Part shown: positions 39,932 through 50,219 of the stretch, piece by piece
Layout: each line of letters opens with the position of its first letter
Position numbering within the stretch: position 1 is the stretch's first letter
Assembly: GCA_003176995.1 (NCBI GenBank)
Contig: QHBN01000123.1
Location: 11,569 to 75,568, forward strand
Length of the DNA stretch: 64,000 bases
Direction: 5' to 3'
Origin: Candidatus Nitrosopolaris wilkensis
Lineage (GTDB): Archaea > Thermoproteota > Nitrososphaeria > Nitrososphaerales > Nitrososphaeraceae
Translations under genes and position numbers: made by a program
The notes under the pieces: generated by a model
What the model was told of the DNA's origin: nothing
Seen by the model: only the letters and a program-made list of their open reading frames with translations
The model's database searches: none

Positions 39932-41434
39932 TTACGTGGCAAAAACCCTATCGAAATATTCAGACTGTTCTTGGGTAAGGTCATTTGCTTCGCCCTCTAC
40001 TACGTTGGCTACGTTCTTTGCAAGTCTTTTCTTGTACTCGAGTTGCATCTGGCGTGCAATTTGAATTCGCTGAGCCTGAGGTGATCCAGCTCCATGCATT
40101 GATTCAGTCAAATATCCTACTGCGTTTCTTCCGAGAGTCATGTTTTCAATTAATCGCAATATTCTTACCCTATTTTCAGTAGAGACACCCTTTCTCCCTT
40201 TGAGGTATTTCTCTAACAGAGGACCGGTCTCGAGACTTCTAAAGTCTTTCTCAGATGGCATCGTTACCATCAAACCGCCAGCTATATCTTGTGCGAGCCT
40301 GCTAATTTCGTATGGAAACCGGGTGACATTGTGCTTACAAACATTTGCCAGCATATCGTCATTCTGATAATTACCGGAAGCGGTTTTATGTGCCTGGTAA
40401 GAAGAAGCAATTCCTGTAGCAAAAATTGTCTCGTTTAAGTGCGTCATCTCGACTAACTTGTCTTTGATGTGAGATGCATTCGCCACTCCATTATAGTCCG
40501 CGATGGCAGCTGCCGCACCGATTAGAACATCTCCAAGACCGGTTTTGCATACATAGCTTCTTCTGTGATAACATGTGAATCGTTCAACGAGCATGGACGC
40601 AAATTCAACTTCTCCATGCATAAAAATTAATTCATAAGGGATGAATACGTTGTCGAGAATGATCATCGCTTCTTGTCCAGAGAATTTGGCGTTGCCTGCA
40701 TCGAGATCCCCGTCTTCCATACTTCTAGTATCGCATGACTGCCTGCCGTAGATGTAGGTAATACCTTTTGCGTCAGTCGGTATCGCACCGACAATGGCAT
40801 ATTCTTTATCTTCTGGTCTAAGTCTCATGGTCGGCATTACTATAATCCAATGAGAGTTAATACAACCTGTCTGATGTGCTTTGGCGCCTGTAATGTATAT
40901 GCCCTTTTCGTCCCTTTTTACCACATGGACGAACATGTCGGGGTCCTCTTGTTGTGATGGTGATAGACTGCGATCTCCTTTTACGTCTGTCATCGCGCCT
41001 CCTATCATAAAGTTCTCCTTTTGAATCATTTTTATGAACTCAATTAAGCGTTTGTGATAAACAGTCTGATATTTGACGTCTATTTCAAAGGTCGTCGAAT
41101 ACAATGAGTTTAGCGCGTCCATTCCTACACATCGTTGGAAGCAGGTGGCTGTTAGCTGCCCGAGCTTTCTCTGCATCTTATTTTGGTTCACCAAATCCGT
41201 AGTGCTTTCTGCAATATGTAAGAATCTATTTACTCTTGTCCCGCTAATGGATGACTGTGCAGAGGCAATTTCAGAGTCTCGATTCGCGACATCGTAAGTT
41301 TCTGCAACCGCGTTGATAGATGGCCTAATCATAGGATGGTCCACAGGCTCCTTTACCAATTCGCCAAACAGGTAAACTCTTAAACTTCTTCCTCTGAGAC
41401 TTTGAATATATTCTGCCCCATTTCGGATAGGCAT
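39932..41434 (-). CDS. hcd: 4-hydroxybutyryl-CoA dehydratase (3HP/4HB CO2 fixation cycle)
   Basis: TCFQRCVGMD and YHRRSYVCK [4Fe-4S] ligands, AMTDVKGDR, ESMHGAGSPQAQR; TATA at 41461-41468 supports start 41434. Confidence 0.95.
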   Translation of the reverse strand: MPIRNGAEYIQSLRGRSLRVYLFGELVKEPVDHPMIRPSINAVAETYDVANRDSEIASAQSSISGTRVNRFLHIAESTTDLVNQNKMQRKLGQLTATCFQRCVGMDALNSLYSTTFEIDVKYQTVYHKRLIEFIKMIQKENFMIGGAMTDVKGDRSLSPSQQEDPDMFVHVVKRDEKGIYITGAKAHQTGCINSHWIIVMPTMRLRPEDKEYAIVGAIPTDAKGITYIYGRQSCDTRSMEDGDLDAGNAKFSGQEAMIILDNVFIPYELIFMHGEVEFASMLVERFTCYHRRSYVCKTGLGDVLIGAAAAIADYNGVANASHIKDKLVEMTHLNETIFATGIASSYQAHKTASGNYQNDDMLANVCKHNVTRFPYEISRLAQDIAGGLMVTMPSEKDFRSLETGPLLEKYLKGRKGVSTENRVRILRLIENMTLGRNAVGYLTESMHGAGSPQAQRIQIARQMQLEYKKRLAKNVANVVEGEANDLTQEQSEYFDRVFAT

Positions 41435-41587
41435 AATAATCATATTAATGATAATGATATTATTTATATCTTGTTAGAAGGTTTTTGTTTAAAAGCTCTG
41501 TTTACGAAGAATTTTTGTCTTTATATACTCAGACGGGATTGTTCGGTATCAACCGTAATTTATATGGCAACAGCATGGCTACACCCT

Positions 41588-42124
41588 ATGGTCATAAAAC
41601 GGATCGATTTGCACAAATTAATACCGGATTGTCCAAATTTCCCCAAGCAAGGCGTCTTATTCAGAGATATTAGCCCTGTCTTCCGCGATAATGCGGCTTT
41701 GAACTACATCGCAGACGAATTCCAGAGTATTTTGAAGAGTTACAAATTCGATACAATAGTTGGTATAGAATCACGAGGGTTTGTCGTTGCTACTGTTCTA
41801 GCATTGAGATTTGGGAAGGGACTGACTATGATTCGAAAAGCTGGTAAGCTACCCGGCGAAACAATCAGAAAGTCATACGACATTGAATACGGTACTGCGA
41901 TAATGGAAATCCAAAGGGATGCAATATCGGATGGTCAGAGTGTACTAATCGTCGATGACTTGATAGCCGCAGGAGGAACTGCTGAGGCTGCGGCGCAATT
42001 AGTGAAGGAACTAGGGGGCAAAATTGCAGCTTTTGCCTTCGTGATAGAGCTGGCTGGCCTTCAGGGAGCGACAAAGTTAAGGCAGACGGGACACGAGGTC
42101 TATTCGTTAGCGGTGTATGATTAA
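41588..42124 (+). CDS. apt: Adenine phosphoribosyltransferase
   Basis: FPK.GVLFRDI, ESRGF, RKAGKLP, EYG, LIVDDLIA.GGT. Confidence 0.93.
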   Translation: MVIKRIDLHKLIPDCPNFPKQGVLFRDISPVFRDNAALNYIADEFQSILKSYKFDTIVGIESRGFVVATVLALRFGKGLTMIRKAGKLPGETIRKSYDIEYGTAIMEIQRDAISDGQSVLIVDDLIAAGGTAEAAAQLVKELGGKIAAFAFVIELAGLQGATKLRQTGHEVYSLAVYD

Positions 42125-42127
42125 GCC

Positions 42128-42931
42128 ATGAATGGAAAGTACTCTGCTGAGATAGGAATCATCGGAGGCACTGGGATTTATACTGCTGAGCTTTTCGGCA
42201 CTGAGAATCAAGTAAAGGTTTACACTCCGTACGGCGAACCATCTGATCTTATCAGTATCGGTGAATATGCAGGACGAACAATTGCCTTTATTCCAAGACA
42301 CGGTAGAGGACATACAATCCCTCCTCATCGAATCAACAGCCGCGCTAATATTTGGGCGTTACGGGAGCTTGGAGTCACAAGAATAATTGCCCCGTCTGCA
42401 GTAGGAAGTCTGAAACGAGAATACAAGCCAGGAGAAATTGCTATTCCAGATCAGTTTATCGACTTTACTAAGAGCCGAGAATACACTTTTTATGATGGCG
42501 GAGAAATTTGCCATATTTCTGTTGCTGATCCGTTCTGTGACGATCTTAGTCACACTGCAATAAATTGTGCTACAAAACTAAAAAATATAGTTCATCCTAA
42601 AGCAACATACGTGTGTATAGAAGGACCACGGTTTTCTACTAGAGCTGAGTCACAGTTGTTCAGAAAAGTATTAGGGGCTGATATAATCGGAATGACTATT
42701 GTTCCTGAATGTGTGCTAGCAAGAGAAGCGCAGATATGCTACGTCTCTATTTCAGCGATTACAGATTATGACGTATGGTCTGAATCTCAGGTAACCTCAA
42801 AGGCTATCTTAGAACTGTTAAACAAAAACGTTGAAAGGACAAAGAATTTGATAACGGAAATGATCCCGCTAATACCCACAGCGAGAGTAAATTGTAATTG
42901 CGGAAAAGCGTTAGAGGGATCGTTACTATGA
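42128..42931 (+). CDS. mtnP: S-methyl-5'-thioadenosine phosphorylase
   Basis: IGIIGGTG, TPYG.PS, RHG..H, EGPRFSTRAES, TDYD. Confidence 0.93.
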   Translation: MNGKYSAEIGIIGGTGIYTAELFGTENQVKVYTPYGEPSDLISIGEYAGRTIAFIPRHGRGHTIPPHRINSRANIWALRELGVTRIIAPSAVGSLKREYKPGEIAIPDQFIDFTKSREYTFYDGGEICHISVADPFCDDLSHTAINCATKLKNIVHPKATYVCIEGPRFSTRAESQLFRKVLGADIIGMTIVPECVLAREAQICYVSISAITDYDVWSESQVTSKAILELLNKNVERTKNLITEMIPLIPTARVNCNCGKALEGSLL

Positions 42932-42933
42932 AT

Positions 42934-43236
42934 CTATTCCCGAAGTTTTAAACCTTCAGGAAGAATCACTTCACCCTCAATTAGTTTTCGTTGAACAGCC
43001 AACTGTACGTTGTCAGGATCGAGACCCATTTTTCTAATTTTTTCTTTGGCTTTTATGGATAGCCCCAGGCTAACATTGTGGCCTCCAATCCTTCCAAATG
43101 CAATTGCCGTGAATTTAAATTCTTGATCTTTTAATAGAAAGTGGCCTATCAACTTGCTTGCAATTGCGCCTCCTCTGGTATTGTGAACAAAAACAGTCAG
43201 CACGATATTATCGTGGGGATCATCTCGTCCAATCAT
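42934..43236 (-). CDS. Hypothetical protein
   Basis: ATGA overlap with the upstream gene; F.F.AIAFGRIGGHNV. Confidence 0.7.
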   Translation of the reverse strand: MIGRDDPHDNIVLTVFVHNTRGGAIASKLIGHFLLKDQEFKFTAIAFGRIGGHNVSLGLSIKAKEKIRKMGLDPDNVQLAVQRKLIEGEVILPEGLKLRE

Positions 43237-43694
43237 CTTGCGTTGCTCTCGATTGTTATATCTACAGTACGATTTACATTTTTTTCTACAAGAAAACTCC
43301 ACCACTCGCTATCAATAACTTTGTACGCATTAACGTCTACTTCGATAACAGACTCATCATCTGTATCGGTGAATTTGAACTTACCTTGGTTAATCAATTT
43401 GACTAACTTCCATCTGTCACGGCCTTCTCTTTCTCTGCTTATTGCAACGGCCCATTTCTTGTCTTTATCAATCTTAGGCATGCCTAGATAATCCGCGATC
43501 TCTAAAACTCCCAACCTTTTTTCCTCACAAAATAATTCCTTGGTAATCAGGCTTCGCCATATGTCAACAGCACCTATATTTCTTCCACCTTCGTTAACGT
43601 TTATCACACCAAAGTAAACGACCTTGTCTCCATCTGTGGGGTCTACAGATGCCATATTAGAGTGGCTCTCAGTATACCTATTTAGTTCTTGCAT
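43233..43694 (-). CDS. Hypothetical protein
   Basis: 153-aa ORF overlapping both neighbours in an operon. Confidence 0.72.
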   Translation of the reverse strand: MQELNRYTESHSNMASVDPTDGDKVVYFGVINVNEGGRNIGAVDIWRSLITKELFCEEKRLGVLEIADYLGMPKIDKDKKWAVAISREREGRDRWKLVKLINQGKFKFTDTDDESVIEVDVNAYKVIDSEWWSFLVEKNVNRTVDITIESNAR

Positions 43695-44037
43695 TGTCGA
43701 ACGGTAGCTCTAGTACGATCCCAATATTTTCTATCAGCAGGTTTTTTCTGAAAGGAATATTATCTTCTTCGCAAAGTCTTCGATAACGGTTGGAAATAGC
43801 AAATCTGGGATGAAGCGATTCATACTCTGATTGAGAAATGTTGATAATCATCCCTTTCTCCACTAGAGAGTTCGCCACCTTGCTGGCCTCTTCTTCGGAG
43901 AATTTCAACGATTTGGCTATTTTTTCCATTTGCTTCCTGCCATTCTTCACAATAAACAGAAACATTTTTGACTCTTCCTTAGACAGCTTTAACTCCGACG
44001 TAAGAAATTCTTCAACATTGTTGATATTAACTGACAA
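43678..44037 (-). CDS. TrmB-like HTH protein
   Basis: L.LS.EE.K.F..I..SL.EKG.I..Y.SLHPRF. Confidence 0.75.
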   Translation of the reverse strand: MSVNINNVEEFLTSELKLSKEESKMFLFIVKNGRKQMEKIAKSLKFSEEEASKVANSLVEKGMIINISQSEYESLHPRFAISNRYRRLCEEDNIPFRKNLLIENIGIVLELPFDNARTK

Positions 44038-44176
44038 TGATTAAAGATAATGCGAAAGTGTATAATGAGTATACCGTTCATAGTTAATTCACAAACATTT
44101 ATCAGAATCAACCAAGTTCTCATACTAGCTAAAATACAGGAATGGATTTAAAGGATATCTAGACTACTGGTTAACC

Positions 44177-44518
44177 ATGGTCGTTTCAATCGATTTATCA
44201 TACATGCCCGAGAGATTAAGATATATAATTCATAAATCGATTGATCTGAAATATCCCCCAGACCATAATGAAGCTATTATTATACTACAGGACGAAAGTA
44301 ATGCGCAGAAAATTAAAAGCAGGTTGGAAGAGATCTTAAAGGAAAACACGATACAGGATTTCGTCGTCACGGAAAATACTGAAAAGCAGAATGAGATCAC
44401 TCTCTTGAAAAAAGGGGACATTGAACAACTGGGAATATACCTCTGTACACACTGCGGAGTTGCATTCGGCAGCGAGATTCAACGAACGGTGCATCAGCGA
44501 ATTCATTATTTTGGTTGA
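44177..44518 (+). CDS. Hypothetical protein with C-terminal C2H2 zinc finger
   Basis: YLCTHCGVAF.SE.QRTVHQRIHY. Confidence 0.75.
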   Translation: MVVSIDLSYMPERLRYIIHKSIDLKYPPDHNEAIIILQDESNAQKIKSRLEEILKENTIQDFVVTENTEKQNEITLLKKGDIEQLGIYLCTHCGVAFGSEIQRTVHQRIHYFG

Positions 44519-44852
44519 CTTTGTTTTCCTGGTTTTAGCCGATTCGAACTCGAAAGTGGAGATAAGTCTCATCCGACCATGGTGTGATATTGAACTCTAA
44601 AATTGGTATGCTTGGAACTTCAATTTGTATTGATATCGTGTCGTGATCTATGCGAATCCCTGCTTTGGCTAACTCGAGATGAATTCTTCGCAACCTACAT
44701 GTCATGGTCTTTAAAATCTCAACTTAGTGCTTCTTTGGTTCATAAATTATATGGATTGGAGCATATACCATACACAATTTGTACAATCATTGGGCCAACA
44801 CCTAATATAATGCTATGAACCACTTATAAAATAGTTTAACGTTATGATTCGC

Positions 44853-45302
44853 ATGTCTACACAAAAGTCGATAGCAATTCTAGGAATAGTTGCGGTGAGT
44901 GCACTCGGAGCCTCATTGGGAAGTCTTCCTTATGCCTTGGTGTCAGCTCAACAGACAAATAGCAGCAGTACCACCTCTACTAACTCAACCGGTGGTAATA
45001 GTGTTTCAATAGTGCCTAATGCATCTACTATGACGGACAAAGCCTTCGCGCCGAATCCGCTAAATGCCAAAGTTGGTGATACAGTAATTTGGACTAACAA
45101 GGATACGACTTTCCATACGGTCACGTCCGGTACTGGACCCAGCGATACAACCCATGGAAAGGAGTTTGATTCTGGTTTATCTGGGCCTACTGCCTTGACT
45201 ACTCAGGGAAAAACATTTTCCCACAAGTTCATGACTGCAGGGGAGTTTCCCTACTTCTGTCAGCTACATCCCACAATGGTCGGAAAGGTAGTTGTGAAGT
45301 AA
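44853..45302 (+). CDS. Secreted plastocyanin/cupredoxin blue-copper protein
   Basis: Signal peptide, Ser/Thr linker, FAP..W.N.D..HTVTS, YFCQLHPTMVG type-1 Cu ligands. Confidence 0.9.
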   Translation: MSTQKSIAILGIVAVSALGASLGSLPYALVSAQQTNSSSTTSTNSTGGNSVSIVPNASTMTDKAFAPNPLNAKVGDTVIWTNKDTTFHTVTSGTGPSDTTHGKEFDSGLSGPTALTTQGKTFSHKFMTAGEFPYFCQLHPTMVGKVVVK

Positions 45303-45800
45303 ACTCCCTACATTTTTTCAAATATCAATTAACCTATCATCTTTAAAGCCCCTCAAGCAATATTAGCATTAACTGTTAGCTAATCCATTCAATTTTTTCA
45401 ATATTATTAGCAATGGCTATGCCTACACAAACCATTAACACTAGATTATATATCGACCCAATCGCTGGCAAGCATACGCCATTTCCAGAATACCAATCGC
45501 AACTAACATTTCTAGTTCGATGAGTTTTCTTGAGAATTAAGAATTGCTATTTATATGGCAATGGAAGATCTGTGTCACCTATGAAAAGAGCAAGAACGTA
45601 GAATCTCTTTTAGGTAAAAGCAAAAGTATACGCGTATTTAACGTAGCACATTAAGCGGATGCAAGATGCGCTGATTCGCTAACGAATTTGTTCTGCTTTA
45701 TTTAGGAAAGTCCGTAGATACTCTAGTTCGAGTATTTGCGAAACAAGTTGGACCCCTTGCAACCACGAAGCTATATAATACATTGATGCAAATTCGGACC

Positions 45801-47615
45801 ATGAAGGATTCCACAAAGCTAACGCATAGGGTCGCCGTTCTAGACGAGGAACTGTGTCAGCCCAGAAAGTGTGGTCTCGAATGCATCGTGTATTGCCCGG
45901 TGAACAAGACTGGGGGTGAATGTATAGTACTTGGCGATGATAGTAAAAAGGCAGTAATTTCGGAAGATCTTTGTACCGGCTGTGGAATATGCGTAAAGAA
46001 ATGTCCTTTTGACGCTATTGTTATTGTTAACCTGGCTAGAGAACTTGGGGTGGAAAAAATTCATCAGTATGGCATTAATTCATTTAGATTATACCGTCTT
46101 CCAACTCTTAAGAAAGGGCATGTTGTAGGTTTACTCGGGAGAAACGCTATAGGCAAATCCACTATAGTCAATATACTGGCCGGATCAATCACACCTAATT
46201 TTGGCAATTACGACTCCCAGCCAAAATGGGACGATGTTCTTAAAAATTTTCAGGGCACTGAATTGCAATCTCACTTTGAGAAAATCGCGGGCGGCGAGAT
46301 ACGAGCCTCGATTAAACCTCAGTTAGTTTATCTTATTCCGAGTGCTTTCAAGGGAACCGCTAAGGAATTACTAAAAAAATATGACGAACGAAATGCGGCC
46401 GATGACTTGGTAGACGAACTTGGGTTACGAGATTTGCTTGACCGCAACGTTGGAAATTTGAGTGGTGGCGAATTACAAAGATTAGCAGTCGCGATTGCTT
46501 CAGCTAAAGATGCCGACTATTATTTTTTTGACGAGCCATCATCATTTAACGATGTTCACCAGAGACTCGTAGTTGCAAGAGTGATACGGGGCTTGGCTGA
46601 CCTGGGCAAGAGCGTTATGGTCGTCGAACATGATATGACGTTGTTGGACTATCTTTCAGACTACATACATATTGTATATGGAGAGCCGGCTGCATATGGC
46701 ATAGTCTCTGGTCTACAGGCTACAAAGCTTGGCATCAATAACTTCCTAGAAGGATTTATCCCTACCGAGAACGTACGCTTTCGTGAAAAAGCTTTCCGAT
46801 TTGACACTACAAACTCAGTTGAGGACATTATTCTGGATACTGCCGTCGCGAGCTATTCCGAATTAACCAAATCATTCCCATCATTTCATCTCAAAATATT
46901 GGCTGGCCGGATACGACAAGGAGAAATCGCAGGTGTGATTGGTGCCAATTCGCTGGGCAAGACCACCTTCATGAGGATGCTTGCCGGGCTTGACAAACCT
47001 GACTCGGGTATTATAGAGTTAAGTGCAAAAATTTCATTCAAACCTCAATATCTTTCTCAAGATTACGATGGCAATGTCTATACTTTGCTTTCTGCAGCTT
47101 GTGAAGGCGTATCCGACATTTCTTCGATGGAAGAACAGATTATAATTCCAACCGGAGTCAAGAAACTTTATGAAAGAAATGTCAGGAATCTTAGTGGTGG
47201 AGAATTACAAAAGGTAGCCATAGCCGCAACTTTAATGCGTCCTGCCAATATCTATGCCCTAGATGAACCGTCCGCATTCTTAGATGTGGAAGATAGAATC
47301 GCATTTGCAAAATTCTTGCAAAGATTTGTAAGGGCCTATGGTAAATCTGCTATTGTAATCGATCATGACATGCAACTCATAGACCTTGTAGCCGATTCTT
47401 TAGTTATTTTCGATGGCAAACCGGGTCTAGAGGGTTTGGCGAGCCAACCCATGCAGAAAGAGGTGGGTATGAATAAATTTCTAAGGGAACTCTCTATTAC
47501 ATATAGAAGAGATGAGAATACAGGCAGACCCAGAATCAACAAGGAAGGTAGTCGATTAGATAGGTCGCAAAAAACTTCTGGAGATTATTATTACACAAAA
47601 AAATCTTCTGGTTAG
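45801..47615 (+). CDS. ABCE1/Rli1 ribosome recycling ATPase
   Basis: N-terminal 2x[4Fe-4S] domain (CQPRKC..C..CP; CTGCGICVKKCP), two NBDs with LSGGELQ, terminal RPRINK.GS..D. Confidence 0.95.
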   Translation: MKDSTKLTHRVAVLDEELCQPRKCGLECIVYCPVNKTGGECIVLGDDSKKAVISEDLCTGCGICVKKCPFDAIVIVNLARELGVEKIHQYGINSFRLYRLPTLKKGHVVGLLGRNAIGKSTIVNILAGSITPNFGNYDSQPKWDDVLKNFQGTELQSHFEKIAGGEIRASIKPQLVYLIPSAFKGTAKELLKKYDERNAADDLVDELGLRDLLDRNVGNLSGGELQRLAVAIASAKDADYYFFDEPSSFNDVHQRLVVARVIRGLADLGKSVMVVEHDMTLLDYLSDYIHIVYGEPAAYGIVSGLQATKLGINNFLEGFIPTENVRFREKAFRFDTTNSVEDIILDTAVASYSELTKSFPSFHLKILAGRIRQGEIAGVIGANSLGKTTFMRMLAGLDKPDSGIIELSAKISFKPQYLSQDYDGNVYTLLSAACEGVSDISSMEEQIIIPTGVKKLYERNVRNLSGGELQKVAIAATLMRPANIYALDEPSAFLDVEDRIAFAKFLQRFVRAYGKSAIVIDHDMQLIDLVADSLVIFDGKPGLEGLASQPMQKEVGMNKFLRELSITYRRDENTGRPRINKEGSRLDRSQKTSGDYYYTKKSSG

Positions 47616-47617
47616 TT

Positions 47618-48457
47618 ATGCCACATATGCTGAAAGAGGTGTTAGCCAATTACCTTACCCCATCAGAACAGCACAGGATCTATTCAGCATTTGACATAAT
47701 TGGAGACATAGTCATTATAAAGATTCCAAAGTGTCTAATGTCGAAAAAGGAAATAATTGGAGAGGCAATTCTTGACAATGTTAAACCAGCAAAATCCGTA
47801 TTCATTCAAACATCCGCAATCAAAGGAGAATTTAGAGTACGTAATTTAGAATTTCTTGCCGGGGAAGACAAGACTGAAACAGAATACAAAGAACATGGAT
47901 GTCGATTCAAGGTAGATATCGTTAAGGCCTATTTTTCTCCAAGATTATCGACCGAGAGGCTGAGGGTGGCAGAGCTAGTGCGTGACAATGAGGTAATTAC
48001 TAATATGTTTGGCGGAGTAGGGACATATTCTATTCTGATGGCTAAAAAGAACAATACGTGTACAGTCTACAGTATTGATTCAAACCCTGTTGCTACTGAG
48101 CTGTGTAGAATTAATGCGAAATTAAACAAGGTTGAAGACAATGTTATATCAATCCTTGGTGATGCAAGAGGAGTTATAGAAAAACAAATTGATGGTAAAT
48201 CTAATAGAGTATTGATGCCTTTGCCAGAAAAGGCTAAGGAATTTGTCTCCTCTGCGAAAAAGGCATTGAACGAAGGGAAGGGGACAATACATTACTTTGC
48301 TCATGTAGGGGCAAGCAATAGGAAACTCGGCCTGCACGAAGGGGTAATAGATACAGAAGATGCGTTCAAGAATTATCAATACTACATTCGTCAAACAAGA
48401 ATAGTGAGAGAAGTAGGTCCAAGATTGTATCAAATAGTGTCAGACGTGTGTCTGTAG
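47618..48457 (+). CDS. Trm5/Tyw2-family tRNA methyltransferase
   Basis: FDIIGDI, YKE.GC.F.VD..YFSPRL.TER, MFGGVG, DSNP, LMPLP. Confidence 0.85.
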   Translation: MPHMLKEVLANYLTPSEQHRIYSAFDIIGDIVIIKIPKCLMSKKEIIGEAILDNVKPAKSVFIQTSAIKGEFRVRNLEFLAGEDKTETEYKEHGCRFKVDIVKAYFSPRLSTERLRVAELVRDNEVITNMFGGVGTYSILMAKKNNTCTVYSIDSNPVATELCRINAKLNKVEDNVISILGDARGVIEKQIDGKSNRVLMPLPEKAKEFVSSAKKALNEGKGTIHYFAHVGASNRKLGLHEGVIDTEDAFKNYQYYIRQTRIVREVGPRLYQIVSDVCL

Positions 48458-48465
48458 TGACAAGT

Positions 48466-48693
48466 CTAATTAGACTTGTCACTTTCGGCTTGCTCGGGAG
48501 CCGTTGTCATCGTGTAGCCTATCCATGCCAAGACTGCTAACAATGCGCCTACTGCCACAACGATGGTAAGTTTCAACACTAACAATCCCCAAGACATCGC
48601 AAGTGTTACATAAGAATACGCAATAAATACCATAATCGATGCAGCTAGAAGACCAGTCCCCAGGATTCTTCCTCGTACTCTTCTGCTTTTCAT
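48466..48693 (-). CDS. Small two-TM membrane protein
   Basis: Two TM helices ending LAWIGYTM.T.P. Confidence 0.7.
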   Translation of the reverse strand: MKSRRVRGRILGTGLLAASIMVFIAYSYVTLAMSWGLLVLKLTIVVAVGALLAVLAWIGYTMTTAPEQAESDKSN

Positions 48694-48765
48694 CTCTATT
48701 TGGATGCTCTTACCATCTTATTTACATACCTTCGAGACGTCTCGGAATTGCGATGGCTCTATCAT

Positions 48766-49263
48766 TCACCCGAATTCTAGAGCCATAAGGCATGCGTCTT
48801 CTCCATCCCTATAATATGCGCGAAGTCGTGATTTTATTTGAAATCCTAATCTTTCATACATCCGAACGGCTGATTCATTGCTAACTCGAACTTCGAGGTA
48901 GATCTCATCGGTCTTCCGAGCAATAACACCGTTGATACCTTCAAGCATCAGAGCTTTGCCAAGGCCTAGGTTTCTGTGTTCATTTAAAACGGCGACAGAA
49001 ACCACGTGACCCTTTTTTACGAAACCCAACTTTCTAAAATTCGAGAAACCGAATTCAATCTTACACATGATATATCCAACTACTTTGTCACAAAGTTCAG
49101 CGACGATGAAGGATTCAGGTAATTCCCTCAGGATTGATTCAAAAAAGTAATCCGAATAATGTTCAGGAAGGGTAAGCATATTGATGTCTACCACTGTCGG
49201 GAGGTCTTTTGCCTCGCAGCGACGAATCATGTAAGAACCTACTTTCCGGAGAGCTGTTTGCAA
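48766..49263 (-). CDS. rimI: N-terminal/ribosomal-protein acetyltransferase (RimI/Ard1)
   Basis: LPEHY, GHVVSVAV..R..G.G, LEVRVSN..A..Y, YY.DGEDA. Confidence 0.9.
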   Translation of the reverse strand: MQTALRKVGSYMIRRCEAKDLPTVVDINMLTLPEHYSDYFFESILRELPESFIVAELCDKVVGYIMCKIEFGFSNFRKLGFVKKGHVVSVAVLNEHRNLGLGKALMLEGINGVIARKTDEIYLEVRVSNESAVRMYERLGFQIKSRLRAYYRDGEDACLMALEFG

Positions 49264-49424
49264 TTGAAAGGATAAGTACCGTCCAAATTATTTAACCTTA
49301 CCAGCCTCAAACTATGGCAAATTTTAGTGCCGAGCCCAAAATATTAAAAAGCGCACGATACTCTAGAGGGCGCTGTTCCCTAGACGATCACTTTTAAGTA
49401 GGTCAGGAAATGGTTTCACTATAT

Positions 49425-50219
49425 ATGGTTTGCGGCAAAGAGATCCGAATGGGGAGACTCTTGAAGAATGGCAAGATGCTTTGTATTCCAATGGATCATG
49501 GGATCAGCAACGGCCCTATCAATGGTTTGGAGAATATTCATGGAATGATTTATCAATGTGAGAACGCGGGACTTACATGCGTTCTGGTAAACAAAGGCAT
49601 CATCAAAACACTTCCAACTCCCATAAATATTGGCTTAATAGCTCATTTGTCGGGCAGTACAGTACTAGGATCATTCCCAAACAAAAAAGTTTTGATAGGA
49701 AGTGTTGAAGAAGCAATAAGATTGGGTGCCGACGCAGTATCGGTTCATATAAACATCGGCGCAAAAGAAGAATCTGAAATGTTGCACGACTTAGGAATCA
49801 TCTCAGATAAATGCGATGAATGGGGTATGCCACTTGTAGCAATGATGTATCCGCGAGGCGAAAATATCAAACATCCTCATGATCCGCAAATTGTTGCTCA
49901 TGCAGCAAGAATTGGGGCTGAAGCCGGAGCGGATTTAGTCAAAGCTGTTTATACAGGCGATGTCAGCTCTTTTAGAAAAGTCATAAAAAGTTGCCCAGTC
50001 CCTATTGTGATAGCGGGGGGACCAAAGGCCAAGACGGATCAAGAAATTATTGAAATGTGTGCTGGGGCTATGGAGGCAGGAGCGAGCGGAGTCACGTTTG
50101 GTAGAAATATATTCCAACACCGTAATCCCCCAGCAATGGTCCGTGCGTTATATAAAATCATCATAGAGGGTAAGGGTACTAGGGAGGCGATCTTATATCT
50201 TGACAAACACAAAGACTAA
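49425..50219 (+). CDS. aroA': 2-amino-3,7-dideoxy-D-threo-hept-6-ulosonate synthase
   Basis: PMDHG, GADAVS.H.N.G, MMYPRG, GADLVK, AGGP, GRNIFQ; adjacent to aroB'. Confidence 0.9.
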   Translation: MVCGKEIRMGRLLKNGKMLCIPMDHGISNGPINGLENIHGMIYQCENAGLTCVLVNKGIIKTLPTPINIGLIAHLSGSTVLGSFPNKKVLIGSVEEAIRLGADAVSVHINIGAKEESEMLHDLGIISDKCDEWGMPLVAMMYPRGENIKHPHDPQIVAHAARIGAEAGADLVKAVYTGDVSSFRKVIKSCPVPIVIAGGPKAKTDQEIIEMCAGAMEAGASGVTFGRNIFQHRNPPAMVRALYKIIIEGKGTREAILYLDKHKD

